From positions 1 to 48,887 of the IMG/VR virus record IMGVR_UViG_3300021559_000014: 48,887 bases of DNA; one strand, written 5' to 3'. Position 1 is the stretch's first letter; every line of letters begins with the position of its first letter. This DNA comes from a virus. Lineage: Duplodnaviria > Caudoviricetes. The notes beneath the pieces were generated by a model, which saw nothing but the letters and a program-made list of their open reading frames with translations, did no database searches and was not told where the DNA came from. Shown in pieces: positions 42,778 to 48,887 of the stretch. The position numbers were made by a program, and so were the translations under genes.

Positions 42778-44133
42778 ATGTTGGTTAAGCCGGAATTCCC
42801 TGCCAAGGCCGGCATTCTGTTCGAGCCGGCACCTTACAAGGTGTTCTACGGAGGCCGCGGCGGCTCCAAAACCTGGGACTTCTGCCGCGCGCTACTGATC
42901 TTAGGTCGCCGTCGCAAGCTGTTCATCCTCTGCGCTCGTGAATTCCAGCGGTCAATCAGCGAAAGCGTGCATCGCACGCTGGATGAGCAGATCAGGGCGA
43001 TGAACCTGGACGAGTTCTATGACGTTCAGGCTCACAAGATCATCGGCAAGAATGGCACCGAGTTTGTCTTTGCCGGCGTGCGCAACAACATCGCCGCCAT
43101 CAAGTCGATGGAGTCGATCGACATCTGCGCGGTGTTCGAGGCGACGTTCGTCAGCGAGCATAGTTGGCAGGTGCTACTGCCCACCATACGCCGCGATCCG
43201 CCGCACGGGCCGTTCGAGCAGGGTTCCGAAGTCTGGATAGAGTTCAACCCCGAACTCGCTACCGACTACAGTTATCGTTATTGGGTGCTCGAGCCGCCGG
43301 AAGGCACCAAGGTCGTAGAGATCAACTGGCGCGATAATCCATGGTTTCCCGAGGTCCTGCGCAAGCAGAAGGAAGACCTGAAAAAACGCGACCACGACAG
43401 CTACCTCACAGTCTGGGAAGGCAAGACACGGCGGACATTGCAGGGCGCCATCTACGCAAAGGAGATCGAGCTTGCCGCAAAGGAAGGTCGTATCAGCCCA
43501 AGCATTGCTGTCGATAGATCAAAGCCCGTCAATGTCTCGGTTGACCTTGGACGTGCTGACACGACATCCCTTTGGTTCTCTCAGCAAGTCGGGACCGAAC
43601 ACCGATTTGTGGACTACTACGGTAACTTTGGCTTCGACTGGGCGCATTACCTTGACACCATGCTTACCGGTATTGGTGAAGACCCGATAGAAAAGCGCAA
43701 GCGCCGTTATCAGATAGGCACCATCTACCTGCCGCACGATGCTTCCTCAAAGCATCTCGCTGCCCGCAATTCCATCGCTCGGCAGACCAAAGACGCCTAT
43801 CCGGGCGAAAGCCGGGTGCAGGTCGTGCCGCGCACCGAAAGTATTGTTAACGACATTAATGCGGTGCGGGCCATGTTCTCACGCATGTATTTTCACGAGA
43901 AGAACTGCGCTGATGGTCTCACTGGGCTCGCTCACTATCGCTATGAGGTCGATCCCGACAATGCCAAGGAAGTCTCACAGAAGCCGCTGCATGACTGGGC
44001 CAGCCATCCGGCCGATAGTCTGCGCTGTTACGTCATGGGACTGAAAGCCGACAGCAACCAGCCGCGGCCGCAACCGCATCAGCCGCGGGTCATGCCACCG
44101 CGCAATGACGGCCTAGGCTGGATGCGGGCATGA
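42778..44133 (+). CDS. terL: Terminase large subunit (PBSX/SPP1-like)
   Basis: YGGRGGSKT Walker A, CAREFQ.SI.ESV, PTIR, FNP, NWRDNPWFP; nuclease motifs VDLG..D, LPHDA, HDWASH.AD. Confidence 0.95.
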   Translation: MLVKPEFPAKAGILFEPAPYKVFYGGRGGSKTWDFCRALLILGRRRKLFILCAREFQRSISESVHRTLDEQIRAMNLDEFYDVQAHKIIGKNGTEFVFAGVRNNIAAIKSMESIDICAVFEATFVSEHSWQVLLPTIRRDPPHGPFEQGSEVWIEFNPELATDYSYRYWVLEPPEGTKVVEINWRDNPWFPEVLRKQKEDLKKRDHDSYLTVWEGKTRRTLQGAIYAKEIELAAKEGRISPSIAVDRSKPVNVSVDLGRADTTSLWFSQQVGTEHRFVDYYGNFGFDWAHYLDTMLTGIGEDPIEKRKRRYQIGTIYLPHDASSKHLAARNSIARQTKDAYPGESRVQVVPRTESIVNDINAVRAMFSRMYFHEKNCADGLTGLAHYRYEVDPDNAKEVSQKPLHDWASHPADSLRCYVMGLKADSNQPRPQPHQPRVMPPRNDGLGWMRA

Positions 44134-44142
44134 AGGAGAAAT

Positions 44143-44496
44143 GTGATGCAGATTGTACAGTTCCCCAAGAGTGAAGATTTTGGCGGCTTCACGCCAGCGT
44201 ATTTGGCGCAACTGAATAGTCATTTTTCCTATATCAAAGCCGCGACAAAAGATTTGTTGAAGTTGTTGAAGAGAACCCCGAGCACAACTCATAAAGCAGA
44301 ATGGGTAGATGCAGGCAGCGATGTGAACGTGATACACATTGAAATTGATGCAATGTCAAAGGACACGAGAAGGGCGGTTATCGACAATCTTGTCGGTTAT
44401 GCTGCGCATAAGGGCAAGAGGATCGTCAGGGTTTGTCATGGTAAAATGGACCTTGGCCAAGGTCTACGCTGGTATTGCTTCTGTGAGCTTGGATAA
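44143..44496 (+). CDS. Hypothetical protein between terL and portal
   Basis: AAGGAG RBS; lower GC than neighbours. Confidence 0.6.
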   Translation: MMQIVQFPKSEDFGGFTPAYLAQLNSHFSYIKAATKDLLKLLKRTPSTTHKAEWVDAGSDVNVIHIEIDAMSKDTRRAVIDNLVGYAAHKGKRIVRVCHGKMDLGQGLRWYCFCELG

Positions 44497-44502
44497 ACGA
44501 GC

Positions 44503-47500
44503 GTGGCCGACGCTGCCGTCCCGCGCATCCACCCGAGCGGCTGGCGTGAGGTCGATCGCGACAAGGTAGGCCGCACGCCAGACGAGCAGATACTCTATGA
44601 GGCCAAGGAACGGTTCCAGCGGGCGCAGGAATGGGAAGGCGAATTCCGGCGGCTGTTCATCGAAGATGTCAAGTTTGCCAACGGCGACAGCGACAACAAT
44701 TGGCAATGGCCTGATAGTGTTCTGGACGACCGCGACATCAATGACCGGCCGTCCCTGACGGTCAACAAGACGCGGACGATCCTCAACAAGCTCGTTAACG
44801 AGGCCAAGCAGAACCCGCCAGAGCCGCGTATCAAGCCGGTAGGCGGCAAGGTATCGTTCGAGGCTGCGCAGGTGTGGGAAGGCATAGTCCGCCACATCAT
44901 GTATGTGAGCAATGGCCAAGCGGTGATAGGCCAGGCCAAAGAGGCGCAACTCGAAGGCGGCATCGGTTACTGGCTGGTAACGCACGATTTCATCGATGAC
45001 CGCTCGTTTGATCAGGAATTGCTGATCCGGCCGCTCGATCCGCTGCATGTCTACATGGATTGCGACATCAAGCAGGTCGACGGCAATGATGCGATGTGGG
45101 CGTTTGTCTTTGAAGAGTATAACCGCAAGGAGTTCGAGCGGTTGTACCCACGGGTGACATTGCCGCCTCCGTCCTCGCCGGGATTGTCGGATAAAGACGA
45201 CTGGGTACGCAGGGACGGCGTTCGCATCGCCGAGTACTACCGCATCAATATCAAAGAAGATGAGCTGCTCTACATCGAGGACGAAAACGGGGCACAGTGG
45301 ACCGGATTGCGCAGCGAGGTTCCGGCCGGAACGGTCTGGCGCGAGCTGTTAACCGACTACGAGGAAGGTCGTCAGCGCGGCGACTTCAAAAGCCGCAAGG
45401 TCCGCAACCGGCAGCTGGAGTGGTACAAGATCGCCGGCCCGGAGATCATTGAACAGCGCACTGATCTGAAAGGCCGCTATGTCCCTATCGTGCGCGAGCC
45501 GGGACGCGAACGCCGCATCGAGGACAAGCTCTATCGTGCCGGCCTGACACGCGCGCTCAAAGACCCGCAGCGCATGTACAATTATAACGATCTTCATATC
45601 GAGACGCCGCTGCCGACGCCTGTCGGCTGGACTACGATGGGAGAAGTAAAGCCGGGCGATGTGGTGCTGAGCGACCAAGGATTGCCGACTACAGTCCTTG
45701 CTCAAAGTCCCATATTTATCAATAGGCGTTGTTTTAGCGTCAAATTTGATGATGGGTCTGAGATAGTTGCCGGTGGTGAACATTTATGGACTGTCGAGGA
45801 ACGAGGAAAACGAAAAGCGCAGACTTGGGACTGGTCGACCAAGACAATAACGACTAACGATTTGGTTCCGAAAAAGCATTTTATTTGGGTAACGAAGCCA
45901 CTTGATCTCCAGGAGGAGGTATTGCCGGTAGACCCATACATTCTCGGCGCGTGGTTGGGAGATGGATATTCGGCAGCGGCGAGTATTTGCTCCGGTCTTG
46001 ATGATATGGACGCGATGGAGGAAGTTCTACGCGCATGCCGTCATCCGGTTGGTGAACGAAAAATATATAAGAACGCATGTTCGGCCAGTTGGACGATAGG
46101 TGGACTCAAGAGTGGCCTCCGCGAATTAGGAGTCTTGGGCAACAAGCATATTCCAGCATGTTATTTGCGTGCATCTCGTGATCAGCGAGAGGCATTATTG
46201 CAAGGACTGATGGATACTGATGGGCATTTTTCTAAGCACAGTCGGCAAAATGTGTTTGTGACGGTAAGTTTTAGATTGGCCGAAGGGTTCACAGAATTGG
46301 TGCGTAGTCTTGGGTTAAAGGCAACCTATACGAAGGTTGCTGCGACTATGCGCAAATTTCCTGATGGGCACGTATCGGCCTGTCAGGAGTCGTTTCGGTT
46401 CTCATTTTCTTCGCCGCCTGGCCGCAGGATGTTTCGTTTGCCGCGTAAGGCAACCGCGCATGACAAGGCGCGAGCGTATCATCCGCGCCGTACCGAGCGG
46501 CATCGGATCGTGTCAATTACGGAAGTACCAAGTGTCCCGACCAAGTGCATTACCGTTGATGCGCCGTCGAAACTGTATTTGGCGGGGCCTGGGATGATTC
46601 CGACGCACAACACCTCGGGCGAAGTCGAAGTCGTTGCCCTGCAGACCAAAACCCCGTGGGTGGTTGCGGCGGCTGCGATCGAAGGCAATGAGACCGCCTG
46701 GAACAACGCCAACAAGCAGAATGCGGCCTATCTGACTTATCGGCACAAGGACGAGGATGCCGGCGACATTCCGCCTCCTACACGTCCTGCGGCACCGGCG
46801 CCGGCAGAAGGTTTTCTGGAGGGGATGCGCATTGCGGCGGCCGAATTGGAAATGGCCTCCGGCATGGCCCAGGCGCAGCAAGTCAATCCGGCACTGGAGC
46901 GCACGCCAAAGGCTATCGACGAGCGGATGCGCACCGGTGAAGCCGTCAACTACGACTTCACCATCAACGAAATGTATGCTGTGCGCCATACCGCAGTGAT
47001 CATCCTCGATCTGGCGCCACACATCTACAATACCGAGCGCGTGATCAAGATCAGGGCCAAGGACGGCACCATCTCCGAGATCAATATCGATCCGCATGCT
47101 GACGAGGCGTGGAAGAAACAACCCACGGAAGAAGAACGCACCATCAAGGTGCTGTTCAATCCGTCGATAGGCAAATACGCGATCGAGGCCGATGTTGGGC
47201 CTGCCTATCAGACCCAACGCCAGGCGGCATGGGACGCCTTCGTGCAGATCATCACCCATTCACCCGAACTGATTGCGCAGATCGGTGACCTCGGCTTCCT
47301 GGCGGCAGACTTCCCGATGGCGCAGGAAATTGCCGAACGGCTGCGGCGCAACATTGAACAGACAATGCCGTGGCTGCTCAAGGACAGCCAGATCGGGCCT
47401 ATTGTACAGAACCTGCAGCAGGAGTTGCAGAAGTCGCAGCAGCAGACTGCGGAATTGCTGGAGAAGCTGGCCGCGGCGCGGATCAAGATGCGCGGCCGGG

Positions 47501-47865
47501 ACGAGTTGCGCGATATCGAGTCGTTCAATGCCGATACGCGGCGCATGGCAGAAGAAATAAAGGCCATGAAGGAATTGATGCTGACGCCGCAGCAACGTGC
47601 GCAGATGGAGCACGAGATAACAATGCGCGGTCATGAGCATGTGTACAGCACCATCGAGGCTGCCAACGAGGCGGGGGTGGAGGGAGGTAGTCCGCAGAGC
47701 GAGGGTACTGGCGGCAGCGGCGGTGGTACCAGTAATGGCAGTGCGGCACCAGCGGCACGGAAGCCGAAGTTCAAGCCTGAGCATATTGGGGCGAAGAAAG
47801 CGCCGGATGGACGCCATTACCTTCCTGACCCAAGCAGGAAGGGAAAGTATTTGTTAGTCGCGTGA
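44503..47865 (+). CDS. P22-like portal protein (intein-containing precursor)
   Basis: D.KFA.G...QW...RP.LT.N; GG.GY; AEYY; LKDPQRMYNY; G.Y....DVGP.Y.TQRQ; follows terL. Confidence 0.9.
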   Translation: MADAAVPRIHPSGWREVDRDKVGRTPDEQILYEAKERFQRAQEWEGEFRRLFIEDVKFANGDSDNNWQWPDSVLDDRDINDRPSLTVNKTRTILNKLVNEAKQNPPEPRIKPVGGKVSFEAAQVWEGIVRHIMYVSNGQAVIGQAKEAQLEGGIGYWLVTHDFIDDRSFDQELLIRPLDPLHVYMDCDIKQVDGNDAMWAFVFEEYNRKEFERLYPRVTLPPPSSPGLSDKDDWVRRDGVRIAEYYRINIKEDELLYIEDENGAQWTGLRSEVPAGTVWRELLTDYEEGRQRGDFKSRKVRNRQLEWYKIAGPEIIEQRTDLKGRYVPIVREPGRERRIEDKLYRAGLTRALKDPQRMYNYNDLHIETPLPTPVGWTTMGEVKPGDVVLSDQGLPTTVLAQSPIFINRRCFSVKFDDGSEIVAGGEHLWTVEERGKRKAQTWDWSTKTITTNDLVPKKHFIWVTKPLDLQEEVLPVDPYILGAWLGDGYSAAASICSGLDDMDAMEEVLRACRHPVGERKIYKNACSASWTIGGLKSGLRELGVLGNKHIPACYLRASRDQREALLQGLMDTDGHFSKHSRQNVFVTVSFRLAEGFTELVRSLGLKATYTKVAATMRKFPDGHVSACQESFRFSFSSPPGRRMFRLPRKATAHDKARAYHPRRTERHRIVSITEVPSVPTKCITVDAPSKLYLAGPGMIPTHNTSGEVEVVALQTKTPWVVAAAAIEGNETAWNNANKQNAAYLTYRHKDEDAGDIPPPTRPAAPAPAEGFLEGMRIAAAELEMASGMAQAQQVNPALERTPKAIDERMRTGEAVNYDFTINEMYAVRHTAVIILDLAPHIYNTERVIKIRAKDGTISEINIDPHADEAWKKQPTEEERTIKVLFNPSIGKYAIEADVGPAYQTQRQAAWDAFVQIITHSPELIAQIGDLGFLAADFPMAQEIAERLRRNIEQTMPWLLKDSQIGPIVQNLQQELQKSQQQTAELLEKLAAARIKMRGRDELRDIESFNADTRRMAEEIKAMKELMLTPQQRAQMEHEITMRGHEHVYSTIEAANEAGVEGGSPQSEGTGGSGGGTSNGSAAPAARKPKFKPEHIGAKKAPDGRHYLPDPSRKGKYLLVA
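45589..46611 (+). mobile_element. Class 3 intein with LAGLIDADG homing endonuclease (341 aa)
   Basis: Block A DLHIETPLPTPVGW; block B EHLW; LAGLIDADG-like LGAWLGDG and LQGLMDTDG; block F KCITV; block G PTHN followed by extein Thr. Confidence 0.9.
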
Positions 47866-47866
47866 C

Positions 47867-48796
47867 ATGCCTACGCTGATCCCGGTCGCTCACGATCCGT
47901 TCAATGATCCGCCGACCGATCTCATACCGGTCGACCACGATCCATTTGACCCGCTCGCGGCCAGTGCCGGTGTAGCGCCTGCTGGTACGCCAAGAATTGA
48001 CCAAATTGACTGGGGCCAGCCGAGTTGGGCGCAGCAGGCTACTGCACAGTCGCAGCGTGACCGGGAGGCTTACGCGCGAGGCGGTGTGCCTGAGATGATG
48101 CGGGACATGGAGGTCACGCAAGACTTGGCTGGCGGCTTTGGTGGCGGCGGCATTGCGGGGGTTACAAAGGGTGCTGGCGGCATCCGCGCCTTTCACGGCT
48201 CGCCGCACGACTTCGAGCGGTTCGATATATCCAAGATCGGAACGGGAGAGGGAGCGCAGGCTTACGGGTATGGATTGTATTTTGCGGAGAATCCCAAAGT
48301 AGCGGAGACTTACGATCCCAGACCCGAATCAGGGTCTGCAGCGGCTGGCATTGGCCTGAGAGAAACTACTCCCGGTCATATGTACGAAGTCAACATCGCC
48401 GCCGATCCCGAGCATTTCCTCGATTGGGATAAGCCGCTGAGCGAGCAGCACCCGAAGGTGCAAGAGGCCGCCAGTGCATCGGGCATACATTCATCTTATG
48501 CCGGGCCAATGGGAACACGGATTGAAAGCACTGCCCCGATGGGTGAATTGGCAAAGGATAAACTTACACGGCGAGATTCATTATTCGTTCAAAAACTCCG
48601 CGACGCCGGCATCCCCGGCATCAAATACCTAGACCAAGGATCGCGCGGCTCTGGAACTGGCACCAGCAACTACGTCGTCTTTGACGACAAGCTGATCGAC
48701 ATCATCAAGAAATACGGACTGGCGGGGTTAGTGGCAGGCGGTGCCGCCCACTTCTCCACACAGCAGGTGGATCATGACCCGTTTGCGACACAGTGA
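47867..48796 (+). CDS. ADP-ribosyltransferase-like (polyvalent-protein type) virion-associated protein
   Basis: AFHGSPH.F..F....IGTGEG.QAYG.GLYF...MYEV.I...GIPGIKY.D...NYVVFD; three V(A/D)HDPF repeats. Confidence 0.7.
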   Translation: MPTLIPVAHDPFNDPPTDLIPVDHDPFDPLAASAGVAPAGTPRIDQIDWGQPSWAQQATAQSQRDREAYARGGVPEMMRDMEVTQDLAGGFGGGGIAGVTKGAGGIRAFHGSPHDFERFDISKIGTGEGAQAYGYGLYFAENPKVAETYDPRPESGSAAAGIGLRETTPGHMYEVNIAADPEHFLDWDKPLSEQHPKVQEAASASGIHSSYAGPMGTRIESTAPMGELAKDKLTRRDSLFVQKLRDAGIPGIKYLDQGSRGSGTGTSNYVVFDDKLIDIIKKYGLAGLVAGGAAHFSTQQVDHDPFATQ

Positions 48797-48887
48797 TGGC
48801 CAAGCGGGTTGAGTTTTACCTTTGCCGCCACGGAGCCACTCGGCAGAACGCCGAGGACAGCGGCACTGACCGCATCCGCGGCTGGAT
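48796..48887 (+). CDS. Histidine phosphatase (phosphoglycerate-mutase family), 5' part
   Basis: MAKRVEFYLCRHGAT..N.......IRGW contains the RHG motif; truncated by the window end. Confidence 0.7.
   Translation, partial: MAKRVEFYLCRHGATRQNAEDSGTDRIRGW

Overview
The window is most of the genome of a temperate, P22-like (podovirus-type) phage. Its host is probably an alphaproteobacterium of the Hyphomicrobiales, judged from GcrA-like, GapR-like and DnaA-C-like genes. The lysis module runs straight into the integrase and no host DNA is visible, so this looks like the non-integrated form. Gene order: ejection proteins, one with a SleB-like hydrolase domain (1-3774); a tail fibre and secreted proteins; an expanded lysis module (6498-11346); integrase/excisionase and a leftward early operon with HNH, SSB and PD-(D/E)XK nuclease genes; a cI/cro switch with four 17-bp operators and mirror-image promoters; a rightward early operon with GapR-like, cII-like, Mom-like, GcrA-like, methyltransferase, replication and NusG-like genes; then a TerS candidate, about 14 kb of accessory and fibre/tailspike genes, TerL, an intein-containing portal, an ART-like protein and the start of a histidine phosphatase. 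Capsid, scaffold and head-tail genes were not seen and presumably lie outside the window. The most notable observations are: (i) several fibre or appendage-like proteins with Sec-type signal peptides and even numbers of cysteines, suggesting periplasmic maturation of virion appendages; (ii) a ~630-nt chain of hairpins ending in a tRNA-shaped element inside the tail of the GapR-like ORF; (iii) a class 3 intein starting with Asp in the portal; (iv) a C5 methyltransferase whose motif IX lies in a nested +1 frame; (v) a 35-aa HigA-like peptide and a capsid-N-terminus-like mini-protein. All product calls come from motif recognition by eye; no database searches were run.
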